From assembly GCA_017539215.1 (NCBI GenBank), contig JAFYHI010000032.1:1-60760 (forward strand): a stretch of 60,760 nucleotides of DNA. Direction: 5' to 3'. Under the pieces are notes generated by a model, which saw only the letters and a program-made list of their open reading frames with translations, had not been told where the DNA came from and ran no database searches. This DNA is from Clostridia bacterium. GTDB taxonomy: Bacteria > Bacillota > Clostridia > Christensenellales > CAG-138. The position numbers and the translations under genes are program-made. This document shows positions 48,317 to 57,788 of this stretch, piece after piece; position 1 is the stretch's first letter; each line of letters opens with the position of its first letter.

Positions 48317-48961
48317 TTATGAGCCGAGCGATGCGTGCGGCCTGCGCGCATAGCGGAACACGCGCCCCGCCGTAGTGACGACGACGTTGTCGTACGCGCT
48401 GGAGCAGTGCGCAAAAACCGGCTCGCCGTTTAAAAAACCAATGCATATTCCGACGTGGTTGCCGTTTGAGCCCGGGTAGCGGTACTGAAAAACCAGGTCG
48501 CCCACGGCAAGGTCGCCAAAGCGGATCTCGTCGGAGTTCTGCCACTGCATCCAGGTGCCGTCGCCTATCTCGGCGGCCTTGACTCCTGCCTGTGCATAGG
48601 CCCAGGTAACGTATCCCGAGCAGTCAAGGCCGTAGGGCCGCACGGTGCCGGACGAGCTGCTGCCGCTGCTCTGCACCTCGCGCGGGGAGCCCCAGTCGGG
48701 ATCCTCGCCTATCTTATAGTATTTGCCGCCCCAAAAATAGTGCACGCGCCCGCGCAGCGAAACGCAGCTTTCGACAAGCTTCCGCGAGGCGTCGCCAGCG
48801 TACTCGTTGCCGGCAAGCGCCGCGGCAAGCTCTTCGTCCGTCAGGACCCGCATTTTTTCGGAGCGCGACATAAACACGATCAGCGCCGCCGCCGCGGCAA
48901 ACATCAGCGCGGCGGCGAACAGGGCCGTCAGCCATCTTCTCTTGTTGCTTCGTACTGCCAT
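48317..48961 (-). CDS. NlpC/P60 (C40) peptidase
   Basis: N-terminal TM, YFWGG, GLDCSGYV, GDLVF, HVGI. Confidence 0.88.
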   Translation of the reverse strand: MAVRSNKRRWLTALFAAALMFAAAAALIVFMSRSEKMRVLTDEELAAALAGNEYAGDASRKLVESCVSLRGRVHYFWGGKYYKIGEDPDWGSPREVQSSGSSSSGTVRPYGLDCSGYVTWAYAQAGVKAAEIGDGTWMQWQNSDEIRFGDLAVGDLVFQYRYPGSNGNHVGICIGFLNGEPVFAHCSSAYDNVVVTTAGRVFRYARRPHASLGS

Positions 48962-49117
48962 AAGAAAATTTTACCATAAAGCGCACGCCCTTTCAAGCCG
49001 GGCGTGCCGGATAAAACTTAACGCTCAAAATGTTGAAAAACCTTTTTCAATGCGGTATAATAAATCTCAGCGGGCTTTCCCGCCTCAGACACGACAAACT
49101 AAACGGAGGTTTTTTTA

Positions 49118-50461
49118 ATGGATCCCAAATTCGCAAACGAAGCCGGCATCTGTGTGCCGGAGATCATGTTTCCCGCAGAGGGCGTAGATCTTTCCAAATG
49201 GGCGTGCGTGGCATGCGATCAGTACACCTCTCAGCCCGATTATTGGGAGGGCTGTGAAAAGATCGTAGGCGACGCTCCCTCCACCCTTCGCATAATGCTG
49301 CCGGAGATCTACCTTGAAAAGCCCGGCGAGGACGAGCGTATCGCCGCCATCCGCAAGACCATGGACGAGTACATGGCAAACGGCACCCTCAGGAGCCTGG
49401 GTCAGGGCTTCATGCTCACCCGCCGCACCGTCGACGGCAAGACAAGGACCGGCCTTGTAGTCGCGCTGGACCTCGAGTGCTATGACTATAACAAGGGCTC
49501 CACCACCCTCATCCGCGCCACCGAGGGCACCATCGTGGAGCGCATACCTCCGCGTCTTCGTATCCGCGACGGCGCTCCTCTGGAGCTGCCCCATATAATC
49601 GTGCTCATCGACGACGATAAGCGCACCGTCATCGAGCCCATTTACGACGCCGTAAAGGCTCAGCCCAAGTTCTATGACTTCGAGCTTATGCAGAAGGGCG
49701 GCCATATAGAGGGTTGGTTCATAAACGACGAGCAGACCGTTAAAAACGCCATAGACGCCGTCACCGCCCTTATCGACCCCATGAAGTACGGCCGTGAAAT
49801 GGCGCCCCTGCTCTTTGCCATGGGCGACGGCAACCATTCCTTTGCCACCGCAAAGGCCAACTGGGAAAAGCTCAAGGCCACCCTGCCCGAGGAAGAGCGC
49901 GAGAATCATCCCGCAAGGTACGCGCTCGTCGAGCTTGAGAACGTGCATGACGAGGGTATCGTGTTCGAGCCCATCCACCGCGTCGTGTTTGGCGTCAGCG
50001 TCAAAAAGTTCATCAACGACCTGTCCGCCAAGCTTAAGGAGCAGAACCCCGGCGGTATCGTGGATATTCAGCTCTTCGAGTCCGAGCGCCGCTTCAACAG
50101 GAATTATGAGCGCGCGGTTGCAGAGGGCGGCCACGTCATCCCCGTGCTCATCCGCGGCAAGCGCGGCTTCATCGCCGTAAAGCGCCCCGCCGCTCAGCTC
50201 GAGGTCGGCACCCTGCAGGCGGCTCTGGACGTAGTTCTGAAGCAGACCAAGGGCGCGACCATCGACTACATCCACGGCGAGGACGTCGTAAACGACCTCG
50301 GGTCCAAGGTCAACAACATCGGCTTCCTGCTTCCCGCAATGGACAAGTCCGCCTTCTTCAAGACCGTCGTGTTCGACGGCGCACTCCCCCGCAAGACCTT
50401 CTCCATGGGCGAAGCGCATGAGAAGAGGTATTACCTCGAGTGCCGCAAGATAACCAAGTAA
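49118..50461 (+). CDS. DUF1015 family protein
   Basis: WACVACDQYTS, IRATEGT, MGDGNHS, FEPIHR, LPRKTFSMG. Confidence 0.85.
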   Translation: MDPKFANEAGICVPEIMFPAEGVDLSKWACVACDQYTSQPDYWEGCEKIVGDAPSTLRIMLPEIYLEKPGEDERIAAIRKTMDEYMANGTLRSLGQGFMLTRRTVDGKTRTGLVVALDLECYDYNKGSTTLIRATEGTIVERIPPRLRIRDGAPLELPHIIVLIDDDKRTVIEPIYDAVKAQPKFYDFELMQKGGHIEGWFINDEQTVKNAIDAVTALIDPMKYGREMAPLLFAMGDGNHSFATAKANWEKLKATLPEEERENHPARYALVELENVHDEGIVFEPIHRVVFGVSVKKFINDLSAKLKEQNPGGIVDIQLFESERRFNRNYERAVAEGGHVIPVLIRGKRGFIAVKRPAAQLEVGTLQAALDVVLKQTKGATIDYIHGEDVVNDLGSKVNNIGFLLPAMDKSAFFKTVVFDGALPRKTFSMGEAHEKRYYLECRKITK

Positions 50462-50523
50462 GCGTTAACGCATGCAAAAAGGGCTCCGGCTTTCCGGAGC
50501 CCTTTTCGTTTGCGTTCGGAGTT

Positions 50524-51795
50524 TTATTCGCCCGCTACGCTGACGCCCTTAAGGAGCACCGCGTAGGGCCCCTCGTAATCCTCGCTCTTGAATCTGTCGG
50601 TGGAGAAGGCGATATCCTTCTGCGCCTCGATTATGCTTCCGTTCACGGAGCCGCCCGTCACGGGGGTCGCCTTGCCGTCCTCGATGAGGTAGCCTAAGCG
50701 TATCTCTCCGCCGAAGTGGCCGGAGAAGAAGTCCATCTGGAAATCGGAGAAGGTGACGGCCCAAAGGCAGGGGCGCTGCTTCATCTCCTCAAAGCTCATG
50801 CTGCCCGCGTTGTCGCAGGAGAGCTTGCGGTAATCGCCCGTGGGCTCCACGCCAAGGTAACGGCAGAAGCGGTTCGCGCCGTGCACGGTCATCATGCGGC
50901 CGTTTTCAATGAGCTTCCTGTCGACCATGGGAATGCCCTCGGAGGAGTAGGGAGCGGAGGCCCGCAAAGTCAGCTCAAGCCTTTCGCCCGCGGTCTCGCC
51001 CTGCACGTCGTCGCCCACGCTCCAGGTGGAGTAGTGGGGGTAAAGCATCTGCGCGGAGGAACGGCCGCCGTAGTAGGTGAACAGCTCCGCCGCGTTGCCG
51101 CCGGTCAGTATCAGGTCGTACTTTCCGCTCTTCAATATCCTTTGGGCCCTTGCCCTGTCGCGCACGAAGTCGAGCATTTCGGAGACCTGAGCGTTGAGCG
51201 CCCCGGTCTCGAGCTCGGTGTAGGCAAAGCTCCTGTACATTTCAACGTCCTCAGGCTCCTTCGCCTGAACGACGTATTCGCCGCTGGCCTTCGCGTCCGT
51301 CCAAGAAACGTCCGTGCCCTCGGAGGTGACGACGCGGATCCGTTTTTTGGAGATGAAAACCTCCGCCGAGTTTATGAAGGCGTCCTCCCTGCAGTCCGCG
51401 GCAAAAAGCGCCTCCGCCATAATGCCCGCTGCCTTCTCGGGCTCGGTCCCCGCCAATGCGCCCTTCTTCTCGATAAGAGGCGCGGTAACGGGGGAGGGAG
51501 CCTCGTAGTAGGGATTCATGGCGAACTGCGCCGCAAAATACGCGTCCTTCAGCGCCTTGATTATCTCGTCGTCGCTCATGGAGGAGAGCAGCATCGCCTC
51601 GGTCTGGGCCTTCAGCTTCTGCCCGTCCGCTTCGGCGGTGCGATAAACCGTAACGTGGAATTTTTCAACGTCCTTGATGCGCCTCGTGTCAAGCTGCTTT
51701 TTTACAAAGAACAGTTCCGCCGTGCGCTCCTTTATCTGCAGCGCGGAGTATTCGCCGATGCCGGCCTTTTCAAGCAGTTTTATAATGCGTTCCAT
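50524..51795 (-). CDS. TldE/PmbA-like subunit
   Basis: Follows tldD; C-terminal SGHFGGEIRLG..PVTGGSVNG; no HExxH. Confidence 0.8.
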   Translation of the reverse strand: MERIIKLLEKAGIGEYSALQIKERTAELFFVKKQLDTRRIKDVEKFHVTVYRTAEADGQKLKAQTEAMLLSSMSDDEIIKALKDAYFAAQFAMNPYYEAPSPVTAPLIEKKGALAGTEPEKAAGIMAEALFAADCREDAFINSAEVFISKKRIRVVTSEGTDVSWTDAKASGEYVVQAKEPEDVEMYRSFAYTELETGALNAQVSEMLDFVRDRARAQRILKSGKYDLILTGGNAAELFTYYGGRSSAQMLYPHYSTWSVGDDVQGETAGERLELTLRASAPYSSEGIPMVDRKLIENGRMMTVHGANRFCRYLGVEPTGDYRKLSCDNAGSMSFEEMKQRPCLWAVTFSDFQMDFFSGHFGGEIRLGYLIEDGKATPVTGGSVNGSIIEAQKDIAFSTDRFKSEDYEGPYAVLLKGVSVAGE

Positions 51796-51808
51796 ACTTG
51801 CGCCCTCC

Positions 51809-53221
51809 TTAACCTAACCTTATCCTTGCCTTCATGTAGGGGCCGCCGTCCGAGACCTTGACCCATTCCTTGTAGCCCTTGCCGCAGTAGCCGGAACCGG
51901 AAAGCGCTATCTCGCTCCCCATCATGGAGACCGACTTCAAAAGATCTGGAACGTAGCCCGTCAGAACAATGGGCGAGAATATCCTGCCCGTAAGCTTGCC
52001 GTCCTTTATCTCCCGCGCTATGTTCACCATGCACTGAATGCCCCAGTTTTTGGGATCCTCCATGCCGCTCGAGGGATTCTCAAGCAGGAACCCGTACTTG
52101 ACGGAGGCGATCATCTCCTCGCGGGTGGAATCGCCCGCCTCGAAGTAGGTGTTGGTCATGCGGGTGTAGGCCTTGCGCTCGTAGCTCTCGCGCCTGCCGT
52201 TGCCGGTGGGAGCGACGCCCAGACGCATTGCGGAAAGCGAATCGCACATGCCGCGCTTCAAAATGCCCTTGTCGATTATAACGGTGTCGCCCGTAAGCGA
52301 GCCCTCGTCGTCAAAGCTCCATGTGGCGCACTGAGCTACCTTCGCGCTGTCGTGCATGGTGACGAGCGGGCTTGCGACGTATTCGCCTATAAAGTTCTTT
52401 GCCAAAGCCCTGTCCTTTACGAACATATCCATCTCCACGCCGTGACCGAAGGCCTCGTGCACTATCATGCCGGTGGTGTCCGGGTCGCATACGCAGTCGT
52501 ATTCGCCGGGTATCATGGGCTCCGCCTTGCAGAGCTCCAGCACGCAGGACGTGATCTCGCCTATATCGTGCTCCACCCTGTCGAAAAGCTCCGCGCCGCC
52601 CAGCAGCGAATAGGGGCGGTAATAATTCTTTACCTCCTGCCCGCGCATGGCAAGCGCCACGGCGGCCGCGTTGGTCCACATGTGGGTCTCGTCCAGCTCG
52701 CGGTTTTCGGAGATGAACACCTTGCGCTCCGCGGAGTAGGAGGCGTTGAGCATCACGTCAAGCACGCCCTCGGTCTCCAACCCCTTTTCCCTTATGCGGT
52801 TCAAAAGCGAAAGTATCGCCTCGTCGCCCAGCGCCTCGGGGTCTACCTTATACTCGGCTTCCTTCTTTATGAATGCGGGCGAATCGTCGGGCAGCGTAAA
52901 CGCCATCGGGCATATACCCGCGGGCACGGCGGCCTTCTCCGCCGCGATGCGGCGCGAAAGCTCCTCTATGACGCCGGGTATCATGCCCTCGTCAAAAGCG
53001 TTCAGGGAGTATTCGGCGCAGCCCATATCGTCGAAAACGCGGATAACAAAGCCGTTGCCGCAGTTCATGCCGGAGCTGCCTATGCCCACGCCGCCGCGGC
53101 TGACGCGCCACGAACGGAACCTCTGTTCCGTCGCAAGCACAGAGGCATACGCGTACTTTTCGCGCAGCGCAGCGACAAGTGAACGCAGCGCGGGCTTTAA
53201 GCTGTCAAGTTGGTTAAACAT
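51809..53221 (-). CDS. tldD: TldD metallopeptidase
   Basis: VHEAFGHGVE, FDDEG, TGNGRRESY..RMTNT, CGKG..VSDGGP. Confidence 0.9.
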   Translation of the reverse strand: MFNQLDSLKPALRSLVAALREKYAYASVLATEQRFRSWRVSRGGVGIGSSGMNCGNGFVIRVFDDMGCAEYSLNAFDEGMIPGVIEELSRRIAAEKAAVPAGICPMAFTLPDDSPAFIKKEAEYKVDPEALGDEAILSLLNRIREKGLETEGVLDVMLNASYSAERKVFISENRELDETHMWTNAAAVALAMRGQEVKNYYRPYSLLGGAELFDRVEHDIGEITSCVLELCKAEPMIPGEYDCVCDPDTTGMIVHEAFGHGVEMDMFVKDRALAKNFIGEYVASPLVTMHDSAKVAQCATWSFDDEGSLTGDTVIIDKGILKRGMCDSLSAMRLGVAPTGNGRRESYERKAYTRMTNTYFEAGDSTREEMIASVKYGFLLENPSSGMEDPKNWGIQCMVNIAREIKDGKLTGRIFSPIVLTGYVPDLLKSVSMMGSEIALSGSGYCGKGYKEWVKVSDGGPYMKARIRLG

Positions 53222-53456
53222 TCGGTAACGCACCTCCAAATGGATTTTTGCAGACTGATTATACAACAAAACGCCCCGCTAATCAATGTTCGCTTTTGAT
53301 CGCGGCTTTGAGGCCGTTGCTTTAATCGAAACACGATGGTATAATATACCAAGAGGCGGGCTCAAAGCCCAAGTCGATGCGCACGGCTGCCGCATTGCCC
53401 TCTGTAAGAGCTGCAGCGGCCGATCCATGCCAAAGAACAGTCAAGGAGGAACCAGC

Positions 53457-54203
53457 ATGGCCGGATATTGTACCGAGTGCGGCAGACAGCTCGACGACGG
53501 CGCAGCGTTCTGCAAGCATTGCGGAGCGGCGCAGAAAGACTCAGCCGGGTATAGCGTGCAGGCGCCCCGGGGCGCAGCGGCTTATAAAGGGCCCGTATAT
53601 GCGGGGGACGGCGCGGTGCGTCAGGGCATACCCGCCCCCGGCTTTTCTGACCGCGCGTCGCATCCCGAGATACTCGCCGCCGTTAAGAAAAACAGAAAGG
53701 CGGCGGGCATATTCGCGCTGTTCCTTGCGCCCCTGCCGGTAATCGGGTTCATCATCTACGGCATAGCAAGCGACAGGATGGAGCTTGGCAAGGCGGCCGC
53801 GATAGGCGGCGCGGTTTCGGCCGTGATGCTTTTGTTTGCGCTGATAGGCCTTATAAAGGGTCGCGCCGGGAATACCTATGAAGCCGCCGTGACCGACAAA
53901 AAGACCCGCCGCGTCTACCGTGACCGCGGCTCCGGCGGCAACGGCGGTTATACCGAGTACGTCATAGAGGCCAAAACGGTCGACGGCGGCAAAAAGCGCA
54001 TAGTCGAGCGGGAGGGCTCTCAAATAATCGCGTGGAACTATCTGCAGGTGGGGGACCGGTTCAGGTATCATCCGCAGTTCAATTTCCCGTATGAGCTTTA
54101 CGACAAGTCAAAGGCACCCTACATAGCCTGTGTAAGCTGTTTGGCGCACAACCCGGTGGAGGCCGATCGCTGTAAAAAATGCGGCCTGCCGCTGCTTAAG
54201 TGA
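53457..54203 (+). CDS. Zinc-ribbon membrane protein
   Basis: N-terminal CTECG..FCKHCG, two TM helices, C-terminal CVSC..CKKCG; AAGGAGG RBS. Confidence 0.75.
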   Translation: MAGYCTECGRQLDDGAAFCKHCGAAQKDSAGYSVQAPRGAAAYKGPVYAGDGAVRQGIPAPGFSDRASHPEILAAVKKNRKAAGIFALFLAPLPVIGFIIYGIASDRMELGKAAAIGGAVSAVMLLFALIGLIKGRAGNTYEAAVTDKKTRRVYRDRGSGGNGGYTEYVIEAKTVDGGKKRIVEREGSQIIAWNYLQVGDRFRYHPQFNFPYELYDKSKAPYIACVSCLAHNPVEADRCKKCGLPLLK

Positions 54204-54252
54204 ATGCCTGCACGGCGCTTATTACGGCTGCTTTTCGATAGGGAGGTGAAGT

Positions 54253-54555
54253 ATGGAACACGGTTATTCTGTTCTTATGGGCATATTCGCCGGGGCGATA
54301 CTGCTGTACGCCGGGCTTATGGCGCTGACGAAGGACTACAATATGCTGCCCTACCGCGCCACGAATTCGGTCAAGCCGAAGGACCCCAAAAAATACATGA
54401 CGCGGCTTTCAAAGGCCGTCGCGCTCGCCGCGCTTTCTCCGGCGCTCAGCGCGCTGACTAGCCTGTTGAACATGACGGCGGCGGTCATAGTATTGATAGC
54501 CTCCATGGTGCTCTTCCTGTGGCTCGGCGTCAAAATAATGAAGGGCGTGGAGTAA
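54253..54555 (+). CDS. Small hypothetical membrane protein
   Basis: GGAGG RBS, three hydrophobic segments. Confidence 0.6.
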   Translation: MEHGYSVLMGIFAGAILLYAGLMALTKDYNMLPYRATNSVKPKDPKKYMTRLSKAVALAALSPALSALTSLLNMTAAVIVLIASMVLFLWLGVKIMKGVE

Positions 54556-54599
54556 AAAACGCCCCCGTAATAACGGCGGCGCGGCATTGTTCGCTTTTC

Positions 54600-55724
54600 T
54601 CAGCTTATCAGCAGCATGAACGCCGTCATCACGGCAAGGAACCCGAAATTGAGCGCTGAGAAGATACCGATATAGTACAGCTTTTTATCGGGGTTGTGGA
54701 ACGAGTACTCGCGGAACGTGATAAGCGACGCCAGCGACGCGATGAGCGTGCCCGTGCCGCCGATGTTCACGCCCACCAGAAGCGCGGGGTAGTCCGAGGT
54801 AAAGCGCGAAAGCAGTATCGCCGAGGGCACGTTTGAAATGACCTGGCACGAAAGCACCGAAAAGAGCAGCGTGTTTTTTTGGAGCAGGCCCGAAAACAGC
54901 CGCGACACGGCGGGTATGCGTGACATATTCCCCGCGAATATAAAGAAGAAAACAAAGGTCAAAAGCAGGGGATAGTCTATCTGCAAAAGCGCCCTGCGGT
55001 CGAATATCAAAAGCACCAGCGGCACCACAATAAGCCCCGTCCAGTACGGCACCGCGCGGAACACTATGACTATCGAATAGACGAATGCCGCAAGGTAAAC
55101 GACCGTCCGCGTCCTGTCAAGGCGCACCGGCTCGTCGGGCACGGTTATGGGCTCGTTCGGCACGCACAGGCAGCACACCGTTATAAGTACCACCGCCAGG
55201 CCAAACGGCGGCGCCATTATGCGCATGAACTCCCCCGTGGGTATGTTGAACTTGGAGTAAAGATAAAGGTTTTGCGGGTTGCCGAACGGGGTCAGCATGC
55301 CGCCGAGGTTCGCCGCGATGTTCTGCATCACAAACGTGAAGGCCATGCGCTTTTTCCCGCCGGAGGCCGAAAGCACGAAATAACCGAGCGGCAGAAACGT
55401 TAAAAGCGCCATGTCGTTTGCGATAAGCATGGACCCGATGAAGGTTATGTAAACGAGCGCAAGCGTACAAAGCTTGGCCGTGCGGAACAGCCGCACTATG
55501 CTCTGTGCCATCAGGTAGAAAAAACGAATGTTGCGCAGCGCGCCCACGGTACCCAGCACACAGAAAAGGCAGGTCAGCGTTTTAAAGTCAAGGTAGCCCC
55601 AATACTCCCCGTCCGGCGTCACAAAAAAGGCGGTGACCGCCGCCGCGATAAACGCAATGAGCATCACCGTGTTCTGCCGTATAAACCCCAAAACGGGGCT
55701 GCTTTTTGCCGCGCCGTTTGCCAT
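54600..55724 (-). CDS. ArsB/NhaD/CitMHS-type (ion transporter superfamily) permease
   Basis: ANDMALLTFLP, AANLGGMLTPFGNPQN, SNVPSAIL, NIGGTGTLIASLA. Confidence 0.85.
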   Translation of the reverse strand: MANGAAKSSPVLGFIRQNTVMLIAFIAAAVTAFFVTPDGEYWGYLDFKTLTCLFCVLGTVGALRNIRFFYLMAQSIVRLFRTAKLCTLALVYITFIGSMLIANDMALLTFLPLGYFVLSASGGKKRMAFTFVMQNIAANLGGMLTPFGNPQNLYLYSKFNIPTGEFMRIMAPPFGLAVVLITVCCLCVPNEPITVPDEPVRLDRTRTVVYLAAFVYSIVIVFRAVPYWTGLIVVPLVLLIFDRRALLQIDYPLLLTFVFFFIFAGNMSRIPAVSRLFSGLLQKNTLLFSVLSCQVISNVPSAILLSRFTSDYPALLVGVNIGGTGTLIASLASLITFREYSFHNPDKKLYYIGIFSALNFGFLAVMTAFMLLIS

Positions 55725-55883
55725 ACAGTCCCGCGCTCCTTTCTTACCGTGGCGTATTATAAGCCCGCCTGACGAAAAAGTCAATAACTGCTTCGCTTTT
55801 TGAGTATATTATGACGAAAACCGTTGAAAAAACGAAAGCGCGGGTTTATAATTAGAATACTTTCGCAAAGGAAACGCCGATAA

Positions 55884-56954
55884 ATGTTTAGATCAGAACG
55901 CTCTGCGCGTATTTTGCGCGCCTGCTGCCTTGTTTTGGCATTGCTTTTTACTCTGTCCTGCGCTGCCTGCAGGGGCGACAGCGGTGAAAAAGTCGCCGCC
56001 GCCGACCCGGCCGGCGCGTCGGAGACCGCCCTCGCCTCGGCCGAACCGGACGCTTCTCAGACCGAAGCCGTGACCGAGGAGCCCACGGCGGAACCCACCG
56101 AGGAACCGACCGAGGAGCCGACTGCGGAGCCCACCGAGGAGCCGACTGAGGAGCCTACCGAGGAGCCCACGGCTGAGCCTACCAAGACTCCCAAGCCCAC
56201 GAATACTCCCACGCCCAAGCCGACGAGGACGCCGAAGCCCACGAACACGCCCAAGCCGACGAGGACGCCGAAGCCCACGGCAACTCCCACGCCCAAGCCG
56301 ACGAGGACGCCGAAGCCCACGGCAGCTCCCACGCCCAAGCCCGACCCGCACGGGTTCCCGCTTCCCGACGGCAGCCATAAATACTTCCTTTATTACGAGA
56401 AGGGCTCATTTACCCTGACCATTTACAAGGTGGGCAGCGACGGCTTCTACTCCAAGGTGGTTGCAAGGTACCGCACCTCGCATGGCGGCAACAAGACCCC
56501 GACGGGCGTTTTCACCCTCTCCAACAGGGAAAAGTGGCATACCTTCGGCAGCACCGGCTATGCGCGCTTTGCGCTTAAATACGCCTCCGGCGTGTACATG
56601 CACGGGCCGCTTTACTACACGAAGAACATATTCAATATCAATCCCAGGTACTACGACGGCGATCACTATATCGGCGGCGCCAACAGCGGCGGCTGCCTCA
56701 GGATGGTCGTCAAGGCCATCAGGTGGATATACGAGAAGTGTCCCGACGGCACCAAGCTGAAGATAGTCAACGGCAGTCCCTTGGGCAGCTCGTCCGACCC
56801 CGTGCCTCCCAGGAACGGCCATAATTACGACCCGACGGACGAGGAGGCGCTGGCTCAGCTCACGCCCGTGCCCACCGCATCGCCCACGGCGGCTCCCACT
56901 TCGGCTCCCACGACCGAGCCCACGGAGCCCACGGAGCCCACCGAAGCGCCGTAA
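55884..56954 (+). CDS. Lipoprotein L,D-transpeptidase (YkuD family) with P/T repeat stalk
   Basis: Signal with CAAC; KTPTGVF, YMHGPLY, ANSGGCLRM, GTKLKI. Confidence 0.85.
   Translation: MFRSERSARILRACCLVLALLFTLSCAACRGDSGEKVAAADPAGASETALASAEPDASQTEAVTEEPTAEPTEEPTEEPTAEPTEEPTEEPTEEPTAEPTKTPKPTNTPTPKPTRTPKPTNTPKPTRTPKPTATPTPKPTRTPKPTAAPTPKPDPHGFPLPDGSHKYFLYYEKGSFTLTIYKVGSDGFYSKVVARYRTSHGGNKTPTGVFTLSNREKWHTFGSTGYARFALKYASGVYMHGPLYYTKNIFNINPRYYDGDHYIGGANSGGCLRMVVKAIRWIYEKCPDGTKLKIVNGSPLGSSSDPVPPRNGHNYDPTDEEALAQLTPVPTASPTAAPTSAPTTEPTEPTEPTEAP
56071..56342 (+). repeat. In-frame coding tandem repeats (TEEP/TAEP, then TPKP)
   Basis: 12-bp units; 33-bp acgcccaagccgacgaggacgccgaagcccacg at 56211, 56247 and 56289. 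Confidence 0.9.
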
Positions 56955-56979
56955 AAAATCGCAAATACAGCCCCCACGG

Positions 56980-57008
56980 TTGAAAAAGCCGCGCGGGGCT
57001 GTTATAAT
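56980..57008 (+). promoter_or_regulatory. Sigma-A promoter of the DIP1984-family gene
   Basis: TTGAAA (56980-56985), 17-nt spacer, TATAAT (57003-57008). Confidence 0.7.
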
Positions 57009-57054
57009 ATCGGGGAAATGAATCGGCAAAGCAGCCGGGAAAGGTTGGCAGAAT

Positions 57055-57507
57055 ATGAAATTGGCTGAAGCATTGCAGGAGCGCTCCGACCTCAACAGGA
57101 GGATCGAGCAGCTTCGTCACCGCCTTACGATGAACGCCACCGTGCAGGAGGGCGAGAAGCCCGCCGAGGATCCGATGGAGCTTGTCGCGGAGCTTGACGC
57201 GTGCGCCGCAAGACTTGAGGAACTGATGGCGCGCATAAATCGCACCAACTCCGAAACGCGGATCGAGGGGCGGACGCTTACCGAGCTTATCGCAAAGCGC
57301 GACGCGCTCACCGTTAAGCTCAACGCTTACCGCGACCTTGTTTCAAATGCGTCCAACGTGGTCAGCCGCGCCACGCGCAGCGAGATCAAGATACTGCCCG
57401 CCGTCAACGTGAAGAAGCTTCAAAAGCAGGTCGACGACATGAGCAGGGACCTGAGGCTCACCGACAACGCCATACAGCAGGCGAACTGGACGAGCGATCT
57501 TATCTGA
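57055..57507 (+). CDS. DIP1984 family coiled-coil protein
   Basis: MKLAEALQERSDL..IEQL, VQEGEKPAEDP, RINRTN, RSEIK, IQQANW. Confidence 0.88.
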   Translation: MKLAEALQERSDLNRRIEQLRHRLTMNATVQEGEKPAEDPMELVAELDACAARLEELMARINRTNSETRIEGRTLTELIAKRDALTVKLNAYRDLVSNASNVVSRATRSEIKILPAVNVKKLQKQVDDMSRDLRLTDNAIQQANWTSDLI

Positions 57508-57520
57508 ATAAACAGAGGTA

Positions 57521-57690
57521 TCTTTTGCGGGGCGAGCGTCAAGCCTCTTCGAGACGGAGGTGAAAAACTGTCTCAACTATGGATCCCGCGAGGGGCCGCG
57601 AAGCCGATCGTAATGCCCGGACAAAGCATACAGGCATTGTTACACACCGAGAGGATCTATAACGCATCACCGGACGCTGACCGCAAAAGA
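57521..57690 (+). ncRNA. Candidate structured RNA downstream of the DIP1984-family gene
   Basis: Nested stems read by eye: 57521-30/57681-90, 57535-40/57673-78, 57551-57/57568-74, 57578-86/57653-61, 57611-17/57633-39. Confidence 0.6.
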
Positions 57691-57718
57691 GAGGGCGGGA
57701 ATGGGGAAATAAAAATAT

Positions 57719-57750
57719 AACGGGCGGCAAGCACAGCCTTGCCGCCCGTT
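57719..57750. terminator. 13-bp hairpin between convergent transcripts
   Basis: aacgggcggcaag/cttgccgcccgtt. Confidence 0.75.
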
Positions 57751-57788
57751 CACTTCTGAAGCCTTTCCGTCTGCACGGCGCGGCGTTT

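Noticed and set aside
56071-56342. Regularly spaced direct repeats resembling a CRISPR array
   Set aside because: In-frame P/T linker codons, spacers of only 3-9 nt, no cas genes
57579-57662. 27-codon ORF (MDPARGREADRNARTKHTGIVTHREDL) inside the candidate RNA
   Set aside because: No well-spaced RBS, its start and stop lie within a predicted stem, and no recognisable motif; not formally excluded
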